A DNA stretch of 64,000 nt from Scenedesmus sp. PABB004. Its lineage: Eukaryota. Both the position numbers and the translations under genes were made by a program. The notes beneath the pieces are model-generated. The model saw nothing but the letters and a program-made list of their open reading frames with translations, had not been told where the DNA came from and did not search any database. Below are positions 12,413 through 27,096 of this stretch, in pieces (position 1 is the first letter of the stretch; the number at the start of each line of letters is the position of its first letter). The stretch is from the NCBI GenBank assembly GCA_014905635.1, contig JABVCE010000026.1, forward strand, positions 372,001-436,000. The letters are read 5' to 3'.

Positions 12413-13825
12413 TTTGGCTGGTCCTGCGCACCGTGAGTAGGGCAGGAAGATGCCCAGCACCACGAGGGCGCCGGGGATGGTCACGCCGAGCAGCGCGCGC
12501 ACGAGCAGGTTGGCCAGGCCCGTCACGTTGAGCTGGCTCAGGCGCTCCGCGTGGTGCCGCGCGAGCACGTGCCCCGTCTGCGCGCCGCGGCGGCGCGGCG
12601 GCGGCGCGGCGCGCGTCGGGGGGAGGCCGCCGTCGCGCGCTGCGGCCCCGGGCGGCGGGCGGGCTGCTGCGCCGCGTGGCCGCGCCGCGCTCCGCGGTGC
12701 CGCCGCCGCCGCGGCGCGCGCCTCGTGCGCCAGCACCGCCGCGAGCTCGTCCTCGCTGCGCACGAGCTGCAGCAGCCCTACGCCGGCGGCGGCGGCGGCG
12801 CGCGGGGCTCGCGCCCGGGCACGCCGCGCACGCCTCCCGCCGCCGCCGCCCGCCGCGCGCCGCCCGTCTCGCGCGTCGCCCGCTGCCCGCCGCCGCGCCT
12901 GTGAAGACCACGACCTTGCCGCCGGGCGCGACAAAGGCGTTGATGTCTGGGCTGTTGATGACGGCGTACTCCCAGTGCAGCCCCCGCATGTGCTTTGAGT
13001 AGCCGCCGCCGCCGCCGTCGGCCGCGACCTGCACCGGGCGCGCGGGCGGGCGCGCGGGCGCAGCGCGGGCGGGCGAGTGGGGGAGCAGCCGCGCGGGCGC
13101 GGCGCCGCGGGCGGCGGGGCGGCGGGGGCGGCCCGCGTGCGCGTGCGCGGGCGGGGCACCTGCGCGATGCGCGCGCCGACGCGCCGCACGAGCTGGCTGT
13201 AGTGGTGGCTCGCCGGCAGCAGCGTGTGCGCGCCGGCCGCCTGCGACGTCACCTGCGCGGGGCGCGCCCCGGCGGCGGCGCCGCGCGGCGCGCGTCGCGG
13301 GTCGCGGGTCGCGGGTCGCGGGTCGCGGGTCGCGGGTCGCGGGTCGCGGGCGCTGGCCCCGCTGCGGCGCCGTCGCTCCGCGCGCGTGCGTGCCTCCTGG
13401 AAGGTCTGCTGCCCGATGTGCAGCTCCATGGCGTTGCTGACCATCATGATGGCGTGGTGCCGGTGGGTGTAGGGCACCTCCTGCCGGCAGCTCCACCAGT
13501 ACGACGCGCCGCCGAGCGCTGCCGCCGCGCCCAACAGCCGCGCGCGCCCGCCGCCCGGGGCCGGACCGCGGCTGCCAAAGTGCTCGTAGCCCCTGCGCGC
13601 GGGGGCACGGCTCCGGGCCTGCGGCGGCAGCGAGAGCAGCGGCGCCAGCGACGCCACCAGCTCAAGCGCGCGCGCTCACTGCTTGTCCACCCAGGTCGAG
13701 GTGCACCGCGATCCAGCCGGCGGCGTCCACGCAGCTTGCCGGGAGCCGGGCGCAGCTGCTGCTGCCCCAGCCGCACCGCGGCCGCTGCGCAGCGAGCGCA
13801 GCGGCAGCAGCGCGGCCCGACGCAT
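11820..13825 (-). CDS. OMA1: Mitochondrial metalloendopeptidase OMA1, peptidase M48 (7 introns, 4 GC-AG)
   Basis: Motifs QEVPYTHRHH, WEYAVINSPDINAFVAPGGKVVVFTGLL, LAAVLAHE|TGHVLARH (HExxH), LPYSRAAEYEADAIG and MSTHP. Confidence 0.93.
13294..13349. repeat. (GTCGCGG)8 intronic tandem repeat in OMA1
   Basis: Eight perfect 7-mers. Confidence 0.9.
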
Positions 13826-14071
13826 CGCGCCACGCCGCCGCTGCTGCTGTCAGCCGCGTCTGCTGCCCGCCGCGCGGGCAGGTGTTGTGGCAGGGCGCGG
13901 CGCCGCGCGCGCCTCGTGTACGCGCCGCGTACGTACTACGCGGCGCCCGGCGGACCCCAAAACCGCTCGCGCCGCCGCCGCGCCCAGGCCCGCGTCCCCC
14001 TGCCCGCACAGCCACTCTCCCGCGCCCCGAGCGCGCGCGCACGTGGCCTCGCGGGGCGCCCAGGCCCCAAC

Positions 14072-16357
14072 ATGAGCGCGGCGCCCGCAGCAGCGCCGCT
14101 GCTCGGCGCGCCACCAGGCGGCGCCGGCCACCCAGCCGCCCCTCCCACTTCCCCTTCGGCGCGCCCAGCGCCCGCGCTCCCGTTCGCCGAGCTGGCCGGG
14201 CTGGGCGGCTCGGCGCCGCCGGCGGCGCGCACAGCGCCCACAGCGCCGGCCCGCCCGCCGGCAGAGGCGGGCGGCGCCGCAGCGCCGGCCGAGCTGGAGC
14301 CGGGGCTGGACAGCTCGGCTGCGCTGGCGATCTTCCTGCAGCACCCGCGCTGCACGGCGCAGCTGGGCGTGGTCGCGGCGCTGCTCCGCAGCAGCCGCGC
14401 CCTGCGCGCCGCGCTGCACCGCCTGTGCCCCGGCCAGGTGCCGGTCGCCTGCCGCGCGGCGCGCCTCGCTCACGCGGCGTCGTTCGCGGCGTGGCTGCGC
14501 GCGCACGGCTGCCTCGTGGGCAGCCTGGCCTTCTCGCGCGTCACGCGCTTCGCGGTGGTGCTGCCCGACCCAGACGAGGCCGCCGACGCGGGCGAAGCGC
14601 TCGCCGGCGCGCTGGAGTCCCTCGCGCTCGCGCCGGCGCGGGACGGCGCCGGCGGCGGCGCGCGCTTCGCGCCGGAGCGCTTCAGCTGCGCCGCGCCCCT
14701 GCCGTCCGCGGGCGCCGTGCTGCGCGCGCTGCCCGCGGGCGCGCTGCGCTTCCTGCGCCTGGCGGTCGACCCGGAGAGCGACGGCGCGGTCGCCGCGGCG
14801 CTGCCGTGGCTCGTCGCGCTTGCGGAGCTGGCGCTCTCGCGGCACCGCAGCCACGCGTGCGCGCTGCTGGACGACGTCGTCGCCCCGGGCGGCGGCGGCG
14901 GCCTCCCGGCGAGCCTCACGCGGCTGGAGTTGGAGGGCTCCGTCACGCCCGGCGCCCTCGTCGGCCTGCCGACCGCCCTGCGCGAGCTGCACCTCGGCAC
15001 CCTCTTCCGTGCGGGCGGCGGCGCGCTGGAGCTGGGCGGGCTCACCGCGCTCACTTCGCTGACCTGCGGCGCCGCGCCCGTGCACGAGCGGCTGCCGCCG
15101 CTCTGGGGTGCCGCGGCGGTGCCGCGCTTCCGGCGCGTCCACGCCCACCTGGTGCTGCGCGAGGGCGACGCGCTGCCGCCCTGCCTGGCGACGCTCGAGG
15201 CCTCCGATGTGACGGACGTCGAGCCGCTGCTCAAGCTCTCGTCGCTGACGCGGCTGCGCCTGCACGGCACGGCCGCGCCCGCGCCGGCGCTCGGCCGCCT
15301 GGCCGCGGCGCTCACGTCGCTGCGGGACGTTGGGCTCAACTACTATGACGAAGAACCGGGCCCGGCCCCGCCGGCAGACGGCGACGGCGGCTGGGCATCG
15401 TCGGACGAGGACGACGGCGACGACGGCTGGCCGCCCAGCCAGCACGCCGCGGGCGGCGGCGCGGCGCCGCCGCCGGGCCCCGCCTCGGCCGCCGCCGCGC
15501 CGGCGTGGGCGCGGCTGCCGAGCGCGACGCTTGCGCTCGCCCTCCGCGCCGCGCGCGAGTGGGTGCCGCTGCCGAGCGCGACGCTCGCGGCGCTGCCGGG
15601 GCTCGCGCCGAGCCTCACCGCGCTCGTGCTCGACGGCCTGTCGCCGGCGCCCAGCGCACGCGAGCTGGGCGCCGTGATCGCGCAGCTCACGCGCCTGCGC
15701 GAGCTCGAGCTGCATCGCGTGTGCTTTGCGGCGGCGCCGGCGGCCGAGGACGCGCCGGCGCCCGCTGGCCAGGCGGAACCGGCGGCCGCCGGCGACAGCC
15801 CGGCCGCCGCCGGCGACGGCCCGGCCGCCGCCGGCGACAGCCCGGCCGGGCAGCCCGAGCCGGCATGCCGGCGCGAGCACCGCCCGCGCGCCCGGCTGCT
15901 GGCCCTGTTCACCGCGATCAGCGGCCTGCCCGCGCTCACGGCGCTGCGCGTGTCGGGCCTGCCCGGCCTGGAAAGCGCCGCGACGCAGCTCACCGCGCTC
16001 GCCGGCGGCGTGGACGGCGCCCGCGCGCCGCCGAGTCTGCGGACGCTGGTCCTCCAGGAGTGCGGCCTGACCGACGACACACTCTACGTGCTTGCCTGCA
16101 GCGAGGCGCTGCGCGGGCTGCGCCGCCTGGACGTGAGCCTGAACGACGCGCTCGGCGACGGCGCGCTCGCCGCGGTCGGCGCGTGCCTGCGCGCGCTCGA
16201 GGCGCTGGACCTGGGCGGCTGCGCCGTCTCGCCGCGGGGGCTCGCCCCGCTCGCGGGCCTGCCGCGCCTGCGCCAGCTGCGCGCGCCGCGGCCCGGCGTG
16301 AGCAACGCGAGCCGCCTGCTGCGCGGCACCGGAGCCGCTGACGACGTGGCCGGCTGA
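14072..16357 (+). CDS. Intronless leucine-rich-repeat protein (RNI/F-box-LRR-like)
   Basis: Single ORF from ATG 14072 with repeated LxxLxL units (LTRLELEG, LRELHLG, LTALTSL, LRRLDVSLN, LEALDLGGC). Confidence 0.75.
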   Translation: MSAAPAAAPLLGAPPGGAGHPAAPPTSPSARPAPALPFAELAGLGGSAPPAARTAPTAPARPPAEAGGAAAPAELEPGLDSSAALAIFLQHPRCTAQLGVVAALLRSSRALRAALHRLCPGQVPVACRAARLAHAASFAAWLRAHGCLVGSLAFSRVTRFAVVLPDPDEAADAGEALAGALESLALAPARDGAGGGARFAPERFSCAAPLPSAGAVLRALPAGALRFLRLAVDPESDGAVAAALPWLVALAELALSRHRSHACALLDDVVAPGGGGGLPASLTRLELEGSVTPGALVGLPTALRELHLGTLFRAGGGALELGGLTALTSLTCGAAPVHERLPPLWGAAAVPRFRRVHAHLVLREGDALPPCLATLEASDVTDVEPLLKLSSLTRLRLHGTAAPAPALGRLAAALTSLRDVGLNYYDEEPGPAPPADGDGGWASSDEDDGDDGWPPSQHAAGGGAAPPPGPASAAAAPAWARLPSATLALALRAAREWVPLPSATLAALPGLAPSLTALVLDGLSPAPSARELGAVIAQLTRLRELELHRVCFAAAPAAEDAPAPAGQAEPAAAGDSPAAAGDGPAAAGDSPAGQPEPACRREHRPRARLLALFTAISGLPALTALRVSGLPGLESAATQLTALAGGVDGARAPPSLRTLVLQECGLTDDTLYVLACSEALRGLRRLDVSLNDALGDGALAAVGACLRALEALDLGGCAVSPRGLAPLAGLPRLRQLRAPRPGVSNASRLLRGTGAADDVAG

Positions 16358-16509
16358 CGCGCCCACGGGCGGGCGGGGCGGTGGGAAGGCCTTGAGGTGG
16401 CAGGTTGCCTGGTGGACGGCCGGTAATCACCACGCCGTCGCAGCCCCGGCTCTCCACACACTCTCACTCTCACTCGCGGTCAGTGCACCAGTCAATGCAT
16501 GAGTCACGA

Positions 16510-19117
16510 TCAGTCGCCGATCGCGCCGAGAATCGTGGTCGCGGTGAAGTCGCCGTAGCCCGAGTAGGGCACGGCCTTGCTGACCATGGCGCTGCTGACC
16601 TTGAATTTGTGGTGCCCCGAGCGCGTGGCGGGCAGGACCGTCACGCCGACGCGGCACTCGGCGCTCTGGGTCACGCGCAGGCGCGCCATCGTCTGCTGGC
16701 TGGTGCGCTGCTCGTGCCAGCCGTCCAGCACGATCGGCGTGCAGCGGCAGCCCGACACGCACCACAGCCGCGCCGCGCCCATCATGCGGTACGTCTTCAA
16801 GTAACCAACCCAGACCTGGGCGTGCGCGCGGACGGCGGCGGCGCGCGTCAGCGGCGTCGTGGCGGCACGACAACCGCCGGCGTGGCGCAGCTGCCGGCGC
16901 GGCGCGGCGCCCCGCACCAGCATGTCGGCCTGCGCCACGCTGTTGCCGCGCGCGCCGAGCGGGGTGGCGCTGCTGCGCGGCCGCAGGTGCACCGCGTCCA
17001 GCGGCGGCGGCACGGCGTGCGGCGCCGCGCCGCCGCCGACCGCCTCCTGCTGCTGCGCCTGCTGGCCGCCCGCCTCGCCCGCGAGGCGGCGCCGGCCGAC
17101 GACCACCTCCACGCCGGTGGCGGTGGTCGTCGCGCCCACCGCCTCACGCGCGTCCGCCGGCAGCTCCACGCGCCCGCGCGCGCCCTGCGCGCCGACCAGG
17201 CGCTCGCCCCCCGGCCCAAACCACGGGCGCTCGCCGCGCGCCAGCATGTCGGCCGCGGCCGCCGCCTGGCGCTCCGCCTCGGCGAGCGCCGCCGCCATGC
17301 CGTCGACCGGACCGCCGGCCGCGCCGGCGTCGCCCTGCAGCGCCGCCGCGGCGCCAAACATGCCGTGCCGCTGCAGCAGCTCCACCTTTTGCAGCGCCGT
17401 CAGCCGCGGCGGCGGCGCCGCGCCGACCGCGCGCGTGTCGAGCCGCAGCACGAGCGTCGCGTTGACCACATGGCTCACGTACCCCCTGCGCCGCGGCGTG
17501 GCGCGGCGCGGCGCGGCGCGGCGCGGCGCGGGCGGGAGGCGGGCGGGCTCGAGGCGCGCGGGGCTGACCACGCCGCGCCGGCGCGGCGCGTCGAGGCGGT
17601 CGCGGCGCCCACGCGCGCGCGCGCGCACCACTTGGGCTTGTGCACGGAGCCCTCGTTCACAAAGTACCAGTCCGCGTGCCCTGCCTCCACGGCGGCCTTG
17701 AAGTCGGCGCCCGTCACGCACGCGAGGTTGGCGCCCTCCCAGTTGCCGGGGAACATCGGCGCCGGCAGGCCGCCGGGCGGCTCTGCGGCGGCGCGCGGCG
17801 CGACGGCGCCGTCTCAGCCGCCGGGGCGATGCCCCGCCGGCAGCGCGCCCGGCGGCGCTGCGGCGGCGCGGCGCGGGGCCGGGCGCGGGGCCGGGCGCGG
17901 CTGCCGCTGCGCCGCACCGTCGCCGCCGGGCGGGCCGAGCATCATGTCAGCGTAGGCCTGCTGCAGCAGGGTGATGGCCAGGTCGGCCATGTACGCGTGG
18001 CCGCGCTCGTTGGGGTGGCGCTGCTCCGCCTCGCCCGCGAGGAAAAAGTCAGCGACGCCAAAGCCCGGCCAGCCGGCCATGAGCCCCTGCCACACCGCTG
18101 CGCGCACGGAGAGCCAGGGCAGTCCGTAGTACTGCGCAGGCGAGCGGCGGCGGCGCGCGGCGGCGCGCGGCGGCGTGCGGGGCTGCGCGGCGCCCGCAGC
18201 CCGCCGGCGGCCCGCGCTCCCGCGCGCACGCGGCGCGCAGCGCGCAGCGCGCAGCACGCCCCGCCGCCGCCGGCCGCACCTGAGCGAGCACGCCGTAGTG
18301 GTCTTCGCTGGTCTCGTAGAAGGCCAGCCCCCGCGCCTTGGCGCCGGTCTGCAGGGAGTTCATGACCACGACCGCGGGCCGCCCGGGCAGGGAGAGCAGC
18401 TTGCGCAGCAGGCGCTCAAACGCGTGCGCGAGCGCGTTGTTCACCGAGCCGTCGACGTAGCCGTCGTTGGCCGTGAACTGCGGCGCGGGCGCGGCCGGGG
18501 CGTTGCGGCGGCCGGCGGGCGCGGGCGCGGGCGGCGCCGCCGCGGCGCCGCGCGGCAGCCGGCCGCGCGCACCTCGACAAACACCACGTCGGCGTCGCGC
18601 GACACAAACTTGTCGAGGCACATGGACACAAACTCGCTCTGCGTCGCCGGCACGCAGCCGTTCCGCGCCTCGACCGCCGCGGTCGGGAACGCGGCGCGCA
18701 GGAACGCCGCGACGCGGCTGAACCAGTTCCCCCGCGCGCGACGCCGTGCCCCGCCGAGATGCTGCCGCCGACGACGCCCAGGCGCACGCGCTCGCCGCGC
18801 AGCAGCTTCTGCAGCGCGGCGTGGAGCCGGGCCTGGCCGGCGCCGCCGGCGTAGACGACGCCGGCCCTTGCGAGCGCAGCGGGCAACGCGCGCTCGTGCG
18901 CGGCGCGCATCGCCGCAAACGCCGACACCGACGGCGCCTGCGCCGCCGCAAACGCGCCCACAAAGCTGGACGCCGCGTCGGGCGCGGCGCCGCCGGGCGC
19001 GGCGGCGCCGGGCGCCGACGCGAGCAGCAGCGCGAGCCACGCGCCCGCCAACCGCCGCGCGCCCGCCGACGCGGCGGCGGCGGCCGCGTGCCCGCGCTTC
19101 CGCCGGCAGCGCTGCAT
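16510..19117 (-). CDS. SGNH/GDSL-type hydrolase or esterase, probably secreted or membrane-anchored (4 introns; apparent frameshift at 18729-18733)
   Basis: Block I VVGGSISAG, then NGCVPAT, DVVFVEFTANDG, FERLLRKLL and HPNERGH. Hydrophobic N-terminal segment. One base is missing in a G run after GHGVAR. Confidence 0.8.
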
Positions 19118-19806
19118 TGCCGCGCTGGCGCTCAGGGACGCGGCGAGCGCGGGCGACGACGGCCCATGCGGGTGGCGCCACACGGCGCTGCAGCCGCTGC
19201 CGCGCCGGCGGAGCCGCGGGCGTGCGGAGCAGGGCGGGGCGGGAGCTGGAGCGTGCCCTTCCGGCTCAGGGCAGCGCCGAATTGGGGCGGCTGACTCCAG
19301 CACGGCGGGGACAGCTCGAAAAGCGCGCACGGAAACGCGGCGCCGCCGTCGAGTGACACCCTCCCAAAGCCCCCCGAGCACGCTGGTACAGACACGCGCG
19401 TGCACACACGAGCGCTCCGCAGCCCGCCCACCCGCCCGGCACCGCGCGCGCCGCCGCCGCACGCAGCTCGCGAGCGCGCGGTCGCTCCTCCGGGCGATGC
19501 AGCTGGGCGCCCGCCTGGCGCAGCCCCTCTCCCGGATCTCAGCGCACGCGGCGCCGTGCCGTGCTGCCTGGCCGGCCGCAAGGTGGGGGCGGGGAGTGCG
19601 GCGCCGGACCATCAGCGGCGCAGCGCCGGCACCGCGGCGCCGAACTGAGCCGCGGCGGCTGGGGCACAGCTGCTGTTCGCCCTCCCGCGCCCGCCTGCGC
19701 CCCCAGGCCTGCCTGCCCGCGCGTGACCAGCCCCGGCGCGGCGGCGGCAGCGGCAGCGCGCCGTGCCCACAGCAGCAGCAGCAGCGCCCGCGCCGCAGCG
19801 CGCGCC

Positions 19807-21623
19807 ATGTCGGCCAGCGCGCCCGCGACGGCGCCGCCGGCGGCCGCCCAGGCGGCGGCCGGGCCCGAGGAGGTGCCGGCGGGCATGGAGGCCGAGGCGG
19901 GGCTCATGGAGGCGCTGCTGTCGATCCCGCAGCTCACCAGGGCCACCGCGCGCCCCGCCGCGCCCGGTGCGGGCGCCGGCGGCGGCGCGCACCACGGCGT
20001 CGACATCACGGTGCTGGCGTCGCAGCACAACCTGCCGGCCAACGCCAAGCGCACGCTCCAGTTCACCGCCTTTGTGCCGGACGCGCGGCAGCCGCGCCAC
20101 GTGCTGGCGAGCGCGCTGCCGACGGAGCTGCAGGCGAGCGCGCTGAGCTCCGTGTCGCCCTCGGGTGCGCCGCGCGCCCTCGCGCCGCGCGCCGCAGATC
20201 GGGCGCCACCCCCGGCCGCCTGCGACGTGGTGCAGCCGCCGCGCTCGCGGCGCGCGGCAGCGCGCTGACCGGCCGTCACGCCCCGCCTCTCGGCCGCCAG
20301 GCAAGCGCGCCCTGGTGGCCAAGGCGCACGCCGATGGCGTGCTGCTCGAGTTCTGGGCGCACAAGCGGCTGGTCAAGGTGCGCCTGCCGGCGGCCCGCGC
20401 GGCCCCGGCTGCTCGCGGGCGCGCCGGTGCCCCACACCGCGCGCCGTGCCGCGCCGCGGCGGCCTGCCGGCTGCGCCGTCCCAACCCGCGGCGCGCGCTG
20501 CGTGTGTGTGGCGCGCGCGCGCGTCCCCGCAGGAGCTGCTCGTGCCCAAGTCGCTGCACGGCCCGGTCGTGAACGACGGCTGGTTCAGCCGCGGCGCCGC
20601 GTGGAGCCCCTGCGAGGGCCGCGTCGCGTACGTCGCCGAGCAGCCGGCAGACGAGCAGACGCCCAAGTTTGGCGCCGCCGCCGGCGCCGCCGCCGCCGGC
20701 GAGGCCGGGGCCGAGGGCAAGGCCGCCGGCGCCGACGCGGGCGCGGCGCCGCGCACGTGGCGCGGCGTGTCGGCCGCGGTCGAGGACTGGGGCGAGCTCA
20801 ACACGGGCAAGCGCCCGCCCGCGCTGTACGTGCTCGACACCGCCGCCTGGGCCGTGACGGCGGCGCCGGGCGCGGCGAGCGCCGACGCGTCGTGGGGGCA
20901 GCCGGCGTGGGCGCCCGACGGCAGCGGGCTCGTCGCGGTCGCGTGGCCGCACCGTGCGCTCAACTTCCCCGGCTCCGCGCGCAAGCTGGGCATCGTGCAC
21001 TGCTACAACCGCCCCTGCGGCCTCCACTTCATCCCGCTGCCCCCGCCCGGTGGCGACGGCGCCGGCGGCGGCGGCGCCGGCGCGGCCCCGGTGGCGCTGA
21101 CGCCGGGCCTGCTGAGCGCGCTGAGCCCCGTGTTCTCGCCCTGCGGCACGGCGCTGCTGTTCATCTCGCAGGACGCGGCCGCCGCGAGCGGCGTGCACGC
21201 CGCCACGTCGGCGCTCTACAGCCTGCCCTGGCCGGCCGCGCAGGTGGGGGCGCGTGGCGGCAGCGCGAGCTCGCGCGCGCGCGCTGGCGCCCGCCGCCGA
21301 CGCGTGCCCGCCGCCGTCGCGCGTCCGTCGCAGGCGGCCAAGCCGCACTGCGTGCTCCCGGCCGTGCAGAAGCCGGCCGCGCCGGGCGCATTCCCGGGGC
21401 TGTACGCGCTGGCGCTGCACGAGCAGGGCTTTGCGCCCGACGGCGCGCTGCTCGTCAGCAGCCAGTGGTACAGCTGCACTGCCATCCTGCGAGTCGACCT
21501 GCGCAGCGGCGCCGTGGCGCCCGTCACGCCGACCGACGCGGCCAAGGGCAGCTGGACGCTGCAGGTGCGCGGCGTCAGGGGCGCGCGCGCCGGCGCGGGG
21601 CCGCCACGAGCTGGCGTCCCTGA

Positions 21624-21694
<71 letters not shown>

Positions 21695-22031
21695 GGGCGT
21701 GTGCAACGGCCTCGCGGTCGCCACGCTCAGCGCGCCCAACCACCCGCCGCGGCTGATGCTCGCCGCGGTGCCCAAGGACGCGGCCGCGCCGTGGGACTGG
21801 GCGCCCGTGGAGGCGCTGGACGCGGACCTGTCGCTGCTGCCGGGCGCCGCCGCGGCGCTCGCGGACGTGCAGTGCGAGGTGCTCGACGTCACGCCGACCG
21901 TGGGCGACACCAGCCTGCCCATGCAGGCCATCGTGCAGGTCCGCGCCGGCCGGCCGGCGGCCGCTCGCGGGGCAGCCTCGGGGCGCGCGCCGCGCCGCGC
22001 CGCCGCTGCCGCCGGCGCGCCGGGCTCAGCC

Positions 22032-22065
<34 letters not shown>

Positions 22066-23211
22066 GCAGGTGTCGCGCGCGCGGCGCGGCCCCGCGCCCG
22101 TGGTCGTCGTGCCGCACGGCGGGCCGCACACCGCGGTCGCGGCCAACTACTATATGCCCTTTGCGCTGCTCTCGTCCCTCGGCTACGCGGTCGTCGCGGT
22201 CAACTACCGCGGCTCCACGGGCTTTGGCGAGGCGGGCGTGCAGAGCCTGCCGGGGCACATCGGGCGCCACGACGTCGAGGACTGCGTGGCGGCGCTCGAC
22301 GCGGCCGTCGCGGCGGGTGCGGCGCGGCGGCGGGCACGCCCGGCGCTGCTCGGGCCGCCCCGGCGGCGCGCCGCGGCGCGGGCCGCGGCGCGCGCCGACC
22401 GCCGCGATGGCGCCGCGCGCAGGCCTCGCAGACGGCGAGCGCGCGGCGGTCATCGGCGGCTCGCACGGCGGCTTCCTGACCGGCCACCTGCTCGGCCAGC
22501 ACCCCGACCGCTTCAAGTGCGCGCGCCCGCACCTGCGCGCGCGCCGTGCCGCCGCCGCCGTGCCCGCCCGCCCGCGCGCCGCACACACACACGCCGTGCC
22601 GCCGCCGCCGCCGCCGCCGCCGCGGCCGCGGCCGCGGCGTGTGTGCCGCGCGGCGCGCAGGTGCGGCGGGCTGCGCAACCCTGTGCTGAACATCGCCCTC
22701 ATGGTCGGCGTGACCGACATTCCAGACTGGTGCTACGTCGAGGTGCTCGGCACCAAGGTGCGCGCTCACGCGCAGCCCAGGCGCCGCGCCGCTGCTCCGG
22801 GCCGCCCCGCCCGCGCGCCGCCGGCGCTGCTGGGACGGACAGCGCGCGCGCGAGAGAGAGCCCGCGCGCGTGCCGCCGCAGGAGGGCCGCGCGCGCTTCG
22901 GCGCCGCGCCGAGCGCCGCCGACTACGCGGCGATGCTCGCGGCGTCGCCGGTCGCGCACGTGGGCGCCGTGCGCGCGCCGATGATGCTCCTGCTCGGCGC
23001 GCGCGACCGGCGCGTTCCGCTTGACGACGGGTGGCGCTTTGTGGACGCGCTGCGCGCGCGCGGCGTGCCCACGCGCGTGCTCGTCTTCCCCGACGACTCC
23101 CACGCACTCGACAAGCCGCAGACCGAGTTCGAGCAGTGGCTCAACCTGGCGTGGTGGCTCAAGGCGCACGTCGGCGGCGCCGGCGGCGGCGACGGCAGCA
23201 GCACGGCCTGA
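19807..23211 (+). CDS. AARE: Acylamino-acid-releasing enzyme, peptidase S9C (8 introns)
   Basis: Motifs EDWGE, LGIVHCYNRPC, HGGPH, VNYRGSTGFG, catalytic GGSHGG, LGARDRRVP and DSHAL. Confidence 0.93.
21625..21693. repeat. (GCC)23 microsatellite in an AARE intron
   Basis: Perfect trinucleotide run between CTGAC and the acceptor AG. Confidence 0.9.
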
Positions 23212-23658
23212 GCGCAGCGCGCGTTGACCGCCCGCGCGGCGCGGCCGGCGTCCGCGGCCGGCGCCTGCCCGGTCGGTGGCCTTGACGGCCGGGGCCCCCT
23301 GCGCCAGCGCTGCGGGAGGGGCAGGGCCCGGCGGCGCCGCGCGCGGGCCGCCGGGTGGCGCGTGCGAGGTTGCTGCTGCTCGCCCACGCGAGCCCTGGCG
23401 CGCCCGCGCGGGCGGGCCTGGTCGCGTGGGCGGGCTCGCGTGGCAATTGGCGCGATCCTGCGCGTTTTCTCGTGTTATGCCACTGGCCGCAGCAGCAGCG
23501 GGCGTCGCCCTCGCTCCCGCTCGCTCCCTCTCCGCGCCCCCCACTCCCGCGCGACCGCTTCACCGCCCCGGCGCTCCCCCCTGGCCCCACGACGCCTGCC
23601 GGCCACTCGCACCCGCCCTCGGCCCCGCGCAGCGAGCGCCTCGCGGGCCGCCGCTCCT

Positions 23659-23693
23659 GGGCGGGTTGGCTGATCCGAGGGCGGGTTGGCTGA
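23659..23693 (+). promoter_or_regulatory. Duplicated 15-mer GGGCGGGTTGGCTGA upstream of the PP1 ATG
   Basis: Exact copies at 23659-23673 and 23679-23693 (20-nt period). A regulatory role is inferred from position only. Confidence 0.35.
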
Positions 23694-23736
23694 CCCCCTG
23701 AGCCTGCGGGGGCAGCGAACGCGAGAGAGCGCGGCC

Positions 23737-26393
<2,657 letters not shown>

Positions 26394-27096
26394 TAGTGGT
26401 GCGCGTGCGGCGGCCGGGTCCGGTGGGGGCGTGCCGCGTGCCACGCGTGGCGCCGCTGCATGGCGGCGCCCGGCGGCGGCGGCGGCGGCGCGCGGCGGCG
26501 GCGGCGGAATCAAGGCCCCGCCCTGCCGCAACGGGCAGCGGCGCGGGCGCCGCGGCCCGCCCCGCCGCCGGCGGCGGGCGGGCCCGGCGCGCCCCGTGGG
26601 CCCTGCTGCTGCTGAACCCAATCAATTACCTCGCGCTGGGCCGGCCCCGCCCTCGCGCGGCGCGGGGTTGGCCCTCGGTCCTCGAACTGAAAGGGCGGGG
26701 GCGGGGTAGGTAGGGCGCGGGCGGCGCCGCAGCCGCCGGGCGGCTCGCGGCGCCGTCTGGCCGCGCGCCGTCCGTCGTCTCTCTTCCCCCCGGCCGCCAA
26801 TGGCGTCCTCTTTGACGCTTGTGCATGCAAGTGATTTGTGCGGCTCCTCGCCGCGGCGCGCGCGCTGTAAACGCGAGCGCAGCGCACGTCGTCGTCGGGT
26901 CGCGGCGGCCGGGAACCCTCTTCTTCAGCCGCGCACCGCCGTGCACTCTCGCGTGCCGCCGCCGCCCGCCCCACACGCCGCCTGACGCAAGCAGCAGCAC
27001 CCCGCCACGCCCGCCAAGCTCGCGCCCTCCGCTGCGCCGGCCCGCCGCTGCCGCCGCTGCCGCCGCTGCCGCCGCTGCCGCCGCCGCCGCCGCGCG

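Noticed and set aside
13294..13349. Short tandem repeats here and at 50531, 55863 and 6570-6660 as CRISPR-like arrays
   Set aside because: They have no unique spacers. They are intronic microsatellites or coding peptide repeats in a eukaryotic locus.
13592..13679. In-frame TGA in the OMA1 N-terminus, suggesting selenocysteine or readthrough
   Set aside because: The TGA is part of a GTGAG splice donor. Removing the intron gives WVDKQ|GYEHF in frame.
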